DNA of 64,000 nucleotides from Parcubacteria group bacterium. Its GTDB lineage: Bacteria > Patescibacteriota > Minisyncoccia > Phycocordibacterales > UBA2135. The stretch spans positions 225,044 to 289,043 of the forward strand of contig JACPBB010000002.1 of assembly GCA_016180525.1 (NCBI GenBank). Direction: 5' to 3'. The position numbers were made by a program, and so were the translations under genes. The notes beneath the pieces were generated by a model. The model searched no databases. It saw nothing but the letters and a program-made list of their open reading frames with translations, and was not told the origin of the DNA. Below are positions 8,559 through 18,476 of the stretch, piece after piece (position 1 is the first letter of the stretch; every line of letters begins with the position of its first letter).

Positions 8559-8831
8559 ACGCTTCGCATGGCTTATTTTGTTTACATAGAAATTTTTCAC
8601 TCGTTGTTTAAATACATTTCCCCACTTAGTTTTAAGGAATCTTTCTCTCTGGAATGCTTCCGATTGAGAAATATATTTTTCTGTATAAATCAGAACGAGA
8701 GGTCTGCGAAATTTTGTTGCAGGTATAAATCCTTTATTATGTCTCGCAACTCTTTTTTGTATATTTCTTGTACAGCCTGTATAAAGTTTTTCATCTTTCT
8801 TGCTGTACAGAATGTAAACAAAATAAGACAT
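8553..8831 (-). CDS. Small GIY-YIG nuclease family protein
   Basis: YFVYILYS...LYTGCT...R...HN.G...TK.RRP..L.Y.E...A..RE..LK motif. Confidence 0.9.
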   Translation of the reverse strand: MSYFVYILYSKKDEKLYTGCTRNIQKRVARHNKGFIPATKFRRPLVLIYTEKYISQSEAFQRERFLKTKWGNVFKQRVKNFYVNKISHAKRG

Positions 8832-8848
8832 GTGAATTAATATAACAC

Positions 8849-9165
8849 ATCAGTCCTAAAAGGTGGGGGCAAGCTTTTGTTGTTTTTCTTTTTGTCGCTT
8901 GCCCGAAGTTGTTCAGCAGGATGCCGCGATCGCGATGTCCACACGCTTCCGGCCGATGTCGCGGTCAATGAAGACCGGATTTTCGTCGGATGTGTCGTGG
9001 TGCGGATGAAGTTCGGAAACCTCATCCAAATCATCGTCGTCTTCAACGGCGGGATCCAATGTTGGGATCTCTCCGTCTGGCAGAGTAAACCTTGCCATGA
9101 TATTTCCTCCGTTTGGCAGGTATGCCTGAGGTGGTCAGGCAAACATCCCACCTTTTAAAACTGAT
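8849..9165. mobile_element. Putative MITE-like element with 19-bp terminal inverted repeats enclosing a small ORF
   Basis: ATCAGTCCTAAAAGGTGGG (8849-8867) versus CCCACCTTTTAAAACTGAT (9147-9165): 17/19 inverted match. Confidence 0.5.
8913..9098 (-). CDS. Small acidic hypothetical protein (61 aa)
   Basis: GGAGG RBS before ATG; EDDDDLDEVSE acidic tract. Confidence 0.55.
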   Translation of the reverse strand: MARFTLPDGEIPTLDPAVEDDDDLDEVSELHPHHDTSDENPVFIDRDIGRKRVDIAIAASC

Positions 9166-9182
9166 ACAGATTTTAAAAGAAC

Positions 9183-9623
9183 TTAACCTCTTAATTTTCG
9201 TCCAATATCGCGCTCAGTGTCTCGCTTCTTGATAGCTTGTCGTTTATCATATTTTTTCTTTCCGCGCGCAACGGCAATCTCAAGTTTTACTTTTCCTGCC
9301 TTATTATACACTGAAATGGGCACTATTGTCAACCCTTTCTTTTTTTCATACCCCGCAATTTCAGATATTTCTTTTCTATTGAGTAAAAGCTTGCGTACCC
9401 GATTCGGATCATAATCTCCTGGGGTATTTTTCACTTGATATGGGGGAATGTGCATGCCGACTATAAACGCTTCGCCGCCACGCACTATTATATAGGCACC
9501 GGAAAGCGAGCCCTGCCCCCCCTTCAGAGACTTTACTTCAAATCCGAGCAATTTCAAACCTGCCTCGAATTTCTCAAGGACTTCATAATTGAAATATGCT
9601 TTTCTGTTTTCTATAAGCCTCAT
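9183..9623 (-). CDS. smpB: SsrA-binding protein
   Basis: NRKAYFNY, EAGLKLLGFEVKSLK, RKLLL and GKKKYDKR motifs. Confidence 0.97.
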   Translation of the reverse strand: MRLIENRKAYFNYEVLEKFEAGLKLLGFEVKSLKGGQGSLSGAYIIVRGGEAFIVGMHIPPYQVKNTPGDYDPNRVRKLLLNRKEISEIAGYEKKKGLTIVPISVYNKAGKVKLEIAVARGKKKYDKRQAIKKRDTERDIGRKLRG

Positions 9624-9709
9624 ATCCGCATTGTAGCATAGCGTTGACTTGTTTTTGGCAGGTGTGATAAGGTTACGGCAGATACTTATGGGTTCGCAAG
9701 GAGAAGGTA

Positions 9710-11287
9710 ATGAAAACAGCGCAGGAACGTCTTGCCAAAGTACATTTTTTCTCGGTAAAACCTGATCTTTCGGCTCTTAACACAAAACAAAAACGAGCGC
9801 TTGCTCATTGCGTCAGTGCGGCGCAAATCATGACTGACATATATCTTGGCCAAGCACACTCTGGCAATAAGGACATTTACAACGAACTTCAAAAACGAAG
9901 TGACGCTGAAGGAAGAGATCTCTTGCGTTACTTTCTTATTCATGGATGTCCGTGGGACGCGTATGATAATGATAGGCCATTTATTCATGGAGTTGGAGAA
10001 AAGCCAAAATTTGGTTCTTTCTACCCACCTGATTTGACGGAAGGCGAGTGGAAATCGTATCTGGAATCACATCATAAAGAACGCGAACAACTTGAGAGTA
10101 ACTATACCGTAGTGAAGCGCCGGGGTGCTAATCTGGTCGCAGTTCCCTATTCACAAGAATATAAGGACAGATTGGAAGATGCTGCGAATTGTTTGCGGAA
10201 AGCAGCGTCTCTTTTATCTCCCGGAGCATTGCAATCGTTTTTGCAACTTCGTGCGGATGCTTTTCTTTCGAATGATTACTTTGAAAGTGATATGGCGTGG
10301 GTGGACACAGATGGAAACCCCTTTGAAGTAACAATTGGCCCCTACGAAACATACTTTGATAGGCTGCTCGGTCTGAAGGCTTCTTTTGAAGCATTTATCG
10401 CATTACCGGACAAAGATGCAACAGTAGCTCTCGGAAAGTTTACGCCACTGGTGCCCGACTTTGATCTCATGCTCAGTCAAGAGTTCAACTTCGCTCCAAA
10501 AGGCGCTGCGATTCCTTTAGAAGTTGTTGCGGACGTGATGCGTGGAGGTGAGGCTGGATTCGGTTATATGTTCGTGGCGTACAATTTGCCCAATGATCGA
10601 AGAGTGCACGATATTAAGGGGTCAAAAAAAGTATTTTCTCGAACAATGATGGAGGCGAAGTTTTATACGGAAGTGCTTCCTGTTGCGGAGAGAATACTCC
10701 CGCCCGCTCTAGCCGAATTGTGTACCTTTGACAATCTCTTTAACTTTGTTCTCGGACATGAATTGGCACACGGCCTTGGTCCAAGCAAGGTGAAGGTTGA
10801 CGGGAGAGAAATGCCATTTGAGGTTGCGCTTAAAGATCTCCACTCTTGTCTTGAGGAAGCAAAGGCGGACATGCTCGGCTTCAGGTTACTTAATTACTTC
10901 AGGAGCCGGGGAGTGTTTGATGACAAAATGCTTGCCGGAATGGTAATTACAGAAATCGCAGCTCACTTCCGCCAATGGAGACACGGGTTTACGGAAGCTC
11001 ATTCTAAAGGCGAGCTTATTGAGTACAACTGGCTCAAGTCGGCTCATGCCCTGCATTACAACAGAACATCTAAAAAGTATGAAATTGATGTGGAACGTTC
11101 TCTTCAGGCAATGTCTCGTTTAAGCACAGAATTTCTGAATCTACAGGTGGCTGGTGATTATGAGCGTGCAAAAAATTTCGTGAAGCAGTGGTCATCCGTT
11201 CCGGATGAACTTCCTTCAATTATAGAAGGCCTCACTGATATTCCAACCGCAGTAAGTCCTGTGTGGGATCTGTCGGAGTTAAAATAA
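9710..11287 (+). CDS. Peptidase family M49 (dipeptidyl-peptidase III-like)
   Basis: IGPYETY.D.L, AYNLPND, HELAHGLGP and LEEAKAD motifs. Confidence 0.88.
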   Translation: MKTAQERLAKVHFFSVKPDLSALNTKQKRALAHCVSAAQIMTDIYLGQAHSGNKDIYNELQKRSDAEGRDLLRYFLIHGCPWDAYDNDRPFIHGVGEKPKFGSFYPPDLTEGEWKSYLESHHKEREQLESNYTVVKRRGANLVAVPYSQEYKDRLEDAANCLRKAASLLSPGALQSFLQLRADAFLSNDYFESDMAWVDTDGNPFEVTIGPYETYFDRLLGLKASFEAFIALPDKDATVALGKFTPLVPDFDLMLSQEFNFAPKGAAIPLEVVADVMRGGEAGFGYMFVAYNLPNDRRVHDIKGSKKVFSRTMMEAKFYTEVLPVAERILPPALAELCTFDNLFNFVLGHELAHGLGPSKVKVDGREMPFEVALKDLHSCLEEAKADMLGFRLLNYFRSRGVFDDKMLAGMVITEIAAHFRQWRHGFTEAHSKGELIEYNWLKSAHALHYNRTSKKYEIDVERSLQAMSRLSTEFLNLQVAGDYERAKNFVKQWSSVPDELPSIIEGLTDIPTAVSPVWDLSELK

Positions 11288-11401
11288 TTTTTGATATAGC
11301 ATGAGCCCGAAATGAATCGGGCTTTTTCTTTTTACATATCAATTTTAACATTGTAATTTTAAAAAGCGGTCTGATGTTTATCAGACCGCGTTGATTTTTA
11401 T

Positions 11402-13231
11402 TTATTTCTTTTTCTGTTTTGCGTAGAGCTGTTCTGCCTCCGCAAGTAATTTCTCAATTGACGCGAAGCCCAAGTTCCAAAATTCTGGGTTTGTCGGGTC
11501 AAGGCCGAATGGAGCAAGTAATTCTTTCGGTCCTTTTGAGCTTCCGGCGCGCAAAAGGTCAAGATACATTTTTTCAAACTCTTTTTTCTCAAATCCACTT
11601 TGCGCCGCGTAGAGCGACTGAGTTAAGAGTTCTCCAAACGCGTATCCATAGACATAGAACGGATTGTGGAAATGTGGAATATATGCCCACAGATAGTCAA
11701 AGTCTTTGTATCTGAAGACTGAGCCATCTTTGCCATAGATTTTTTCTGTTACTCTTTTCCAAATCTCGTTAAATTCAGGAACCGACAATCGTCGAGGAGA
11801 AGCATGGATTTCCTGCTCAAAGAACGAAAAACAAATTTGGCGGATAACGGAATTCATCATATCGCCAAGCTTGCCCATATTGAGAGCGAGCAACTCTTCA
11901 GGATTATTTTTCTCTACCGCCCTCTGTTTTAAGGAATTAAATGTTGTCATTTCTCCAAAGATGGAAGCGGTCTCGGCAAGCGCGATCGGTGCCTGCTGCA
12001 TCAGTGCCCCCTGCGCCTCACCCGCAAGAATACCGTGCACGCCGTGTCCCAATTCATGTGCCAAGGTCATTACATCTCGTTCTGTTCCCAAGAAATTCAA
12101 AAGCGTGAAACATACGGGCTTGTGTCCCGGAAGGGTAAGCGGTGCGTTAAACGCGCCGCTTGATTTATTCTTAACCCGCGGTGCGTCAATGCGCTTCTCT
12201 TGTACCATCTTTGCAACAATGTTTCGTAGTGTCGGACTGAAGCTTCCATATGCGGAAAGTACGAGCTCAATTGCTTCCGGATATGTAATCAATTCATCAC
12301 TTTTTTCAAATAGTAGAGGAGCATTTCTGTCGCTCCAGAGGAGTGGCTTAATGCCGAGCATTTCTCCTTTGAGAGCGTAGTATCTCTGTGCGAGAGACGC
12401 TCCCATGTTTGCAACAGCTTCATGAAGGGCGAGAACGGCCTCATCAGGAATTTTGTTTTCTTTGTTCCGCTCTGACATGGGGTGTGGATATTTACGCTCT
12501 CGGTCAGAAACCTGTTTTAATCCGACGATCATGTTGAGCGTTTGTCCGGAAAGACGCGCGAAATGTCCGCCTAATCCCTTGTTGAATGCTTTAAGCGCTC
12601 TTGCACGGCGAGAACTCTCTTGTGCTGTTCCAAGGACGTGGAGTATCTCATTCTGGTCAAGCTTTTTTCCCTCAAACGGGAAGCGCAACAGCACATCTTC
12701 CTCATCATAATATTTACTCCATGATTCCGGTCCGAACATCTTGCGCTTAGAAAGCGCGCTCTCAACCTCTTCTTCTAAAAGATGCGGTTTTGTTTTCCGA
12801 ACATCTAGAATCCACGGCATATGGAATGAAATAACGTTGCTTTTCTTAGATTGCACTGTAATGTATTTTTGCGGCAGACGTGCGAGTTCAAGGGCAAAGA
12901 AAGTGAGATATTCTCCGTTTACGCGACTCATCAATTTTTGTACCTCATCCACTTTTGTTTTTACCTTCTCGCTTGTTTCGTCAAGAGCTTTTACAAGGAG
13001 TAGGTAAGACATTATTTTGGTTCCAAGTTCCTCAATGTTAATCCACGTTTCCACCGCTTTTCCAAGGCGCGTGCGGAGTTTTCCTTTAAACATGTTTTCA
13101 AATTGCCGCGCGCGTTCCTCAAGCAGTCTCATGTCCGCGTTTATCTGCGGGTCGTCAATTCCTTTATAAAAACAAGACAAATCCCAGCGTACATTTTCTG
13201 TTCCAAGCGCTTTTGCCGTCGCAGTACTCAT
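11402..13231 (-). CDS. pepF: M3 family oligoendopeptidase F
   Basis: WDL N-terminus, K.SGAF, TLAHELGHGVH, AETASIFGE and FYVYGYAFG motifs. Confidence 0.9.
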   Translation of the reverse strand: MSTATAKALGTENVRWDLSCFYKGIDDPQINADMRLLEERARQFENMFKGKLRTRLGKAVETWINIEELGTKIMSYLLLVKALDETSEKVKTKVDEVQKLMSRVNGEYLTFFALELARLPQKYITVQSKKSNVISFHMPWILDVRKTKPHLLEEEVESALSKRKMFGPESWSKYYDEEDVLLRFPFEGKKLDQNEILHVLGTAQESSRRARALKAFNKGLGGHFARLSGQTLNMIVGLKQVSDRERKYPHPMSERNKENKIPDEAVLALHEAVANMGASLAQRYYALKGEMLGIKPLLWSDRNAPLLFEKSDELITYPEAIELVLSAYGSFSPTLRNIVAKMVQEKRIDAPRVKNKSSGAFNAPLTLPGHKPVCFTLLNFLGTERDVMTLAHELGHGVHGILAGEAQGALMQQAPIALAETASIFGEMTTFNSLKQRAVEKNNPEELLALNMGKLGDMMNSVIRQICFSFFEQEIHASPRRLSVPEFNEIWKRVTEKIYGKDGSVFRYKDFDYLWAYIPHFHNPFYVYGYAFGELLTQSLYAAQSGFEKKEFEKMYLDLLRAGSSKGPKELLAPFGLDPTNPEFWNLGFASIEKLLAEAEQLYAKQKKK

Positions 13232-13356
13232 CGGTCTTCTCCCTTCTTAAGTCTGGCCTAAGTTTATGGATATTCATCTGAAAGTCAAACAATCTTCTCT
13301 AATGAATCAATGTACCCCTTTTATTTTTAGAGATTATGTTGTATAGTAAAATTCAT

Positions 13357-15351
13357 ATGTTTCCGGAAAATCAAAAAGAAAAAAAGAGCAAAAAGGGTAA
13401 CATGCCTCCATTTTTAAAAGGTCCCAGTAAGGGCACCTCGCGAAATCAGTTTTGGGGAAATCTTTTAAGCACTCTTTTGATACTTCTTATTATTGTTACG
13501 GCGTATTCGCTTATTGTTGAAAATAAAAAAGAGAAAATTGAAATACCCATTTCTGTTTTGGCGCAAGATATAAAAGGCGAGCTTATTTCAAAAATTACGG
13601 TTTCTGGAGAAAAAATAACGGCAACATATAAAGAAAAAGACCCGAACGCCCCCGCTCCAAAAGAAGGAGATGAGTCTGCGTATGTCACAAAAGAATCAAA
13701 AAAAGAGGCGGGTACGGCTCTCTCCGATACGTTGGTAAACTATGGAGTAACGGCACAACAGTTGGGCGCCCTTGAAATTGAAATTAAAAAAGAATCAGGA
13801 CTCGCATTCTTTTTATTAAACGCGGCGCCATTTTTGATTCCCATTATATTTATTCTCCTCTTTTTCTGGCTTATTTCTCGCCAAATGAAAGGGGCAGGCA
13901 TGCAAGCGTTTACATTCGGCCAGTCAAAGGCTCGGATTATTGACCCGAATGATAAAAATCAGAGGGTAACATTTAAAGATGTCGCCGGAGTCAAAGAAGC
14001 GAAGGAAGAACTTGTAGAAATCGTTGATTTTTTAAAAAATCCGAAAAAGTTTTTAGATATAGGTGCGCGTATTCCAAAGGGCGTGCTTTTAATGGGCGCC
14101 CCTGGAACCGGGAAAACGCTTCTTGCCCGCGCGGTTGCAGGGGAGGCGAAGGTTCCATTTTTCTCAATTTCAGGTTCAGAGTTTGTTGAAATGTTTGTCG
14201 GCGTTGGCGCCTCTCGTGTTCGCGATTTGTTTAAAATGGCGAAAAAGGCCGCTCCCTCCATCGTGTTCGTAGACGAAATAGACGCTGTTGGTCGCGTGCG
14301 TGGTACTGGTGTTGGCGGCGGGAATGATGAACGGGAACAGACACTCAATCAGATATTAGTTGAGATGGATGGATTTGAGCCGAATGAAAAAGTAATTGTG
14401 ATGGCAGCGAGCAACAGACCGGATGTATTAGATCCTGCGCTTTTGCGTCCCGGAAGATTTGATAGACGCGTTGTTCTTGATTTGCCGGATATTCATGACA
14501 GGGAGGAAATTTTAAAAATTCACAGCGTTAAAAAGCCGCTTGGAGAAGATGTTGATCTTAAAGTGATTGCACAGAGAACACCGGGATTTTCAGGAGCCGA
14601 CTTGTATTCACTCATGAATGAGGGGGCGATTTTGGCAGCGCGTGAAAGTCGCAAAACAGTTACTCAATACGACCTTATTCGTTCTATTGAAAAAGTGATG
14701 CTCGGGCCAGAACGAAAAAGCCATCTGCTTTCTAAACAAGAAAAGAAAATAACCGCGTATCATGAAGCCGGACACGCGCTCGTCGCCTCGGTCCTCCCGC
14801 ACGCAGACCCCGTGCACAAAATATCAATTGTTGCGCGTGGACATGCGGGTGGCTATACATTGAAACTTCCATTTGAAGAAAAACGGCTTCAGTCTCGCAA
14901 GGTGTTCTTAGATGACATTGCTGTTTCTTTGGGAGGCTATGTTGTAGAGAAAATGATTTTTGGAGATTTAACAACTGGACCATCAAATGATTTGCGTGTT
15001 GCTGCAGCTCTCGCGAGGGATATGGTAACGAAATACGGCATGTCAGAGGCATTTGGCCCCGTGGCGCTTGAGGACTCCGGTGGAAGGCTTTTCTTGGGCC
15101 GAACCGCAACGGGAGAGCGGGAATATTCTGAAGATGTTTCTAAAAAAATTGACGCGGAAGTTGCTCGCATTATTGATGAGGCGATGGAGAAGGCGACAAA
15201 AGTCGTTACAAAGCATAGAAAGGCGCTTGATGCGATTGCTGGTGAGCTTATTAAAACTGAAACACTGGAACGTGCAGAGTTTGAAAAAGTACTCATTGTA
15301 AATGGCATTACGCCTAAAAAAGAAGCAGAAGATGAAATTGAAAAAAAATAA
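13357..15351 (+). CDS. ftsH: ATP-dependent zinc metalloprotease FtsH
   Basis: Two TM helices, Walker [24 protein letters not shown]. Confidence 0.97.
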   Translation: MFPENQKEKKSKKGNMPPFLKGPSKGTSRNQFWGNLLSTLLILLIIVTAYSLIVENKKEKIEIPISVLAQDIKGELISKITVSGEKITATYKEKDPNAPAPKEGDESAYVTKESKKEAGTALSDTLVNYGVTAQQLGALEIEIKKESGLAFFLLNAAPFLIPIIFILLFFWLISRQMKGAGMQAFTFGQSKARIIDPNDKNQRVTFKDVAGVKEAKEELVEIVDFLKNPKKFLDIGARIPKGVLLMGAPGTGKTLLARAVAGEAKVPFFSISGSEFVEMFVGVGASRVRDLFKMAKKAAPSIVFVDEIDAVGRVRGTGVGGGNDEREQTLNQILVEMDGFEPNEKVIVMAASNRPDVLDPALLRPGRFDRRVVLDLPDIHDREEILKIHSVKKPLGEDVDLKVIAQRTPGFSGADLYSLMNEGAILAARESRKTVTQYDLIRSIEKVMLGPERKSHLLSKQEKKITAYHEAGHALVASVLPHADPVHKISIVARGHAGGYTLKLPFEEKRLQSRKVFLDDIAVSLGGYVVEKMIFGDLTTGPSNDLRVAAALARDMVTKYGMSEAFGPVALEDSGGRLFLGRTATGEREYSEDVSKKIDAEVARIIDEAMEKATKVVTKHRKALDAIAGELIKTETLERAEFEKVLIVNGITPKKEAEDEIEKK

Positions 15352-15449
15352 TTACATTTTAAAGCATCTTTAAAAATGCCCTCTCATTTGTGTTGCAAAT
15401 GAGAGGGCATTTTGATAGGAATTTAGCTGCATAGTGTATAATTTTAGTA

Positions 15450-17777
15450 ATGGCTAATATTCTTTTTGTTTACAGGCTTGCGTTTGTTTGTCTTTTAGCG
15501 CTGATATTATTTTTTTTTCCATTTTTGATCGTGCGCGCCGTTAATGTAACAACGGTAGTTTTACCCAATGGGGGAGAGTGTCTTACGGTCGGCGAATCCT
15601 ACACGATTCGATTTTCGTGGAGCGGGGCTGACGTTGAACATCTTGCTATTTACTATCGAACCGACGGCGCGCAGCCTACACATCTTGACTCTTCTACTAT
15701 CAAGCACCCGATAAACGTTCCGCAACAAGGCACGACATGGAATTGGACTCCAGGCAGTTCCAATATATCTGAGACGGGCAGGGTCTGGGTTGACGGGCAT
15801 GAAAACGGTCATGATTCTCTGGCGACTTGGGATAATTCTGATGCGGATTTTGCGGTCCGCGCGGATTGCTCTGAGCCAGCTCCAGCAGAGCAGAGTAGCG
15901 CTCCTAGACCTCTTCCCACAGGCCCTGCTCCTGTGTTTTCTTTTTTACCGGAGCCCGAGCCTATACTTCCAAAGGGCGGAGGGCCAGTGTCATATCCTCC
16001 AACGATTGAATTTACGAATACCTTTAAATTTGGTCAAATTTTTAGCGATGTTATTGATATTTCATTTATGGCTGATGACCTAAATAATATTGACAAACGA
16101 GATACGTTTGGAATCTCAAATCATCCGGTATCCCTTTTTTATACAAGCGGAAAAAATTTAACCAAGCGAACCCTCATTGCGCAAGGACTTGCCAGCACGA
16201 CATCATATACATGGAGAGTCCGCGATATTCCCGACGGGAACGACTATCGTGTCATTGCCGAGGTGGCTGACAGAAGCGGACTTGTTGGGCAAGCGATAAC
16301 ACCTCCTTTTACAATTGATAACTCAATTCCTTCGGCTGAAGTATTCAGTCGTACATCTATAATTTCGTGGAGAACCCCCACTCCAACCTATTCGTTTGTT
16401 GAATATGGAGAGAGAGTCAGAGAGAGGGCGGTATCGGGGAGGGAAACAGTCCCCGATACACTCCCTTCGAGAGAACATTTTTTCATTATTGAAGGCTTGA
16501 GTCCAAATACGACATATCATTTTCGTGTGATAAACTCAATTACTCCGATTTTACGGCAAGGGCAAAGAGAGGCGCAAGACTATTTTGACCCTCAATTTAC
16601 TGTGTTTCCAAAATCATTTACAACCGCACCAGTTTCAGCCGTGGATGTTTCTCCGGTTTCTGGAATATTCACTGTTTCCGGCCGAACAACAATGTTGTTG
16701 TCATGGGTACGTTCAACAAAAGCATCTTTTGAAACTATTATTGTGCGACAACAGGGACGCTTTGCCAGAAATCCAAAAGATGGAGAGGTCGTTTTTCGAA
16801 GCAACGCGTCATATTATAGAGATGCCGGGTTGCGGCCAGAAGAAACTTATCAGTACAGTATTTTTCAAACAGATGGGCTCGGCAATTTCTCGTTCCCTCG
16901 TTTTGTGCGCGCAACAACAAAAGAAGGATTAAAAGAAGTCCCGACTCCTCCGCTTGAAGAAAGCGAACCCTCGCTACAGTTACGAGTGGGAAGTTTTTCA
17001 TCTGAATCGGGTGGAAAAACTGTTACGCTTCGTTGGAAAAATCCAAATAACCCTCATTTTTTAGGTGTTCAAATTGTGAGAAATACAGAATCACTGCCGT
17101 CACATTCCTTTGACGGCGCCGTTCTGTTCCGAGGATTAGCGGAGAGCTTTACTGACTCCGATTTAGTGCCTGGCAATCGTTATTTGTATGGGATTTTTCC
17201 GTTTGATTGGAACAACGCGTTTTACTCAGGCTCCTTTACTTCGGGTGTTCCAGAGGAGAGTTCCGCATTTGAAACACTTTCTTCTTTTTTGGTACCCGTT
17301 TCCGCGACGTCCTCTTCTATGAAACCTCTTGCCGATATCCAGATTCAGATTAACGCACTGTATGAAAAAGTTAAGGAAATTTCTCTCGCGATACAAGTAT
17401 TACTCGGGGAAGGGCCGTTTACGTCATCTCTGTCTTCCGGAAAAAAAGAGTCGATGCCGAGTCCCGAGGTACGGCAGTCCAAAACACACATCGTATATAT
17501 TACTGAATCGGGATTTAGTCCAAAGGAGATTATTATACAAAAAGGAGATACGGTATTGTGGATAGGGAGGAGTACGGGACACTCGTGGCCCGCCTCCGAT
17601 ATTCATCCGACTCACGGTTTATACCCTGAGTTGGGAGGCTGTATTGGAAGCACATTTGATTCCTGTCGCACGCTCTCCTTGGGAGACGAATATTCTTTTT
17701 TGTTCAACAAAGTTGGGGTATGGCAGTATCATGACCACCTCAATCCTCTACACGCGGGTACTATTACGGTACAATAA
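15450..17777 (+). CDS. Large exported protein with Ig/fibronectin-III-like repeats and C-terminal cupredoxin-like domain
   Basis: Signal peptide; GLSPNTTYHFRV, GLRPEETYQY and LVPGNRYLY FnIII motifs; C-terminal FSPKEI.I.KGDTV...HPTH...W.YHDH. Confidence 0.75.
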   Translation: MANILFVYRLAFVCLLALILFFFPFLIVRAVNVTTVVLPNGGECLTVGESYTIRFSWSGADVEHLAIYYRTDGAQPTHLDSSTIKHPINVPQQGTTWNWTPGSSNISETGRVWVDGHENGHDSLATWDNSDADFAVRADCSEPAPAEQSSAPRPLPTGPAPVFSFLPEPEPILPKGGGPVSYPPTIEFTNTFKFGQIFSDVIDISFMADDLNNIDKRDTFGISNHPVSLFYTSGKNLTKRTLIAQGLASTTSYTWRVRDIPDGNDYRVIAEVADRSGLVGQAITPPFTIDNSIPSAEVFSRTSIISWRTPTPTYSFVEYGERVRERAVSGRETVPDTLPSREHFFIIEGLSPNTTYHFRVINSITPILRQGQREAQDYFDPQFTVFPKSFTTAPVSAVDVSPVSGIFTVSGRTTMLLSWVRSTKASFETIIVRQQGRFARNPKDGEVVFRSNASYYRDAGLRPEETYQYSIFQTDGLGNFSFPRFVRATTKEGLKEVPTPPLEESEPSLQLRVGSFSSESGGKTVTLRWKNPNNPHFLGVQIVRNTESLPSHSFDGAVLFRGLAESFTDSDLVPGNRYLYGIFPFDWNNAFYSGSFTSGVPEESSAFETLSSFLVPVSATSSSMKPLADIQIQINALYEKVKEISLAIQVLLGEGPFTSSLSSGKKESMPSPEVRQSKTHIVYITESGFSPKEIIIQKGDTVLWIGRSTGHSWPASDIHPTHGLYPELGGCIGSTFDSCRTLSLGDEYSFLFNKVGVWQYHDHLNPLHAGTITVQ

Positions 17778-17856
17778 TTAATAACAACTTAATAATTCAG
17801 ATTTACATTTTTTATTTGGGCTATTTGAATGAATTTGTGTATCAGGATTACTATCC

Positions 17857-18465
17857 ATGGCTTCTAGTCTTAAAATAATATTAATTGCAGTTTCAATCGG
17901 TCTCCTTGCTGGTGGTTTTTATTTTTTGTCATTGAAAACTGAAGCACCAAACAATGTAGTCCAAAATCCTGAACAAAAAAACGAAATGGTCGTATCTGAT
18001 ATTCCAGCCACTGAAGCGGGCGATGTTTCTACACCAGAGAGTAATGCAACAATCCAAGATGAAGGCCTGAAAAATGATACCCCGTTACCGCAACAAGAGC
18101 CTTCCCCGATAAAGCAACCTGAAATTACGAATACTTCAACAATCCAAAAACCAGCAGTAATTTCGCAAGAGCTGCAAGAGTACTTAGTGCATATTTATAG
18201 TTTTACTGACTGGCGTCCCACCAGCCTTACTGTTTATGTTGGAGATACGGTAACGTTTATAAATGAAGATAATGCTCTTCACTGGCCTGGCGCGGATCCG
18301 CACCCAACACACAGCTCTTTACCCGATTTTGACGCTCTTGGTGGAATATCAAGGGGGCAGAGTTACTCGCATACATTTAGAAAAATTGGAGCACATGGGT
18401 ATCACGACCATCTTCTTGAAGTGCCCCCCACTATCGGAGTTATTACTGTTTTGCCGCGGCAGTAA
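17857..18465 (+). CDS. Membrane-anchored cupredoxin-like protein
   Basis: N-terminal TM, disordered linker, VGDTVTFIN...HWP..DPHPTH...YHDH. Confidence 0.75.
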   Translation: MASSLKIILIAVSIGLLAGGFYFLSLKTEAPNNVVQNPEQKNEMVVSDIPATEAGDVSTPESNATIQDEGLKNDTPLPQQEPSPIKQPEITNTSTIQKPAVISQELQEYLVHIYSFTDWRPTSLTVYVGDTVTFINEDNALHWPGADPHPTHSSLPDFDALGGISRGQSYSHTFRKIGAHGYHDHLLEVPPTIGVITVLPRQ

Positions 18466-18476
18466 ACATTCAAATC

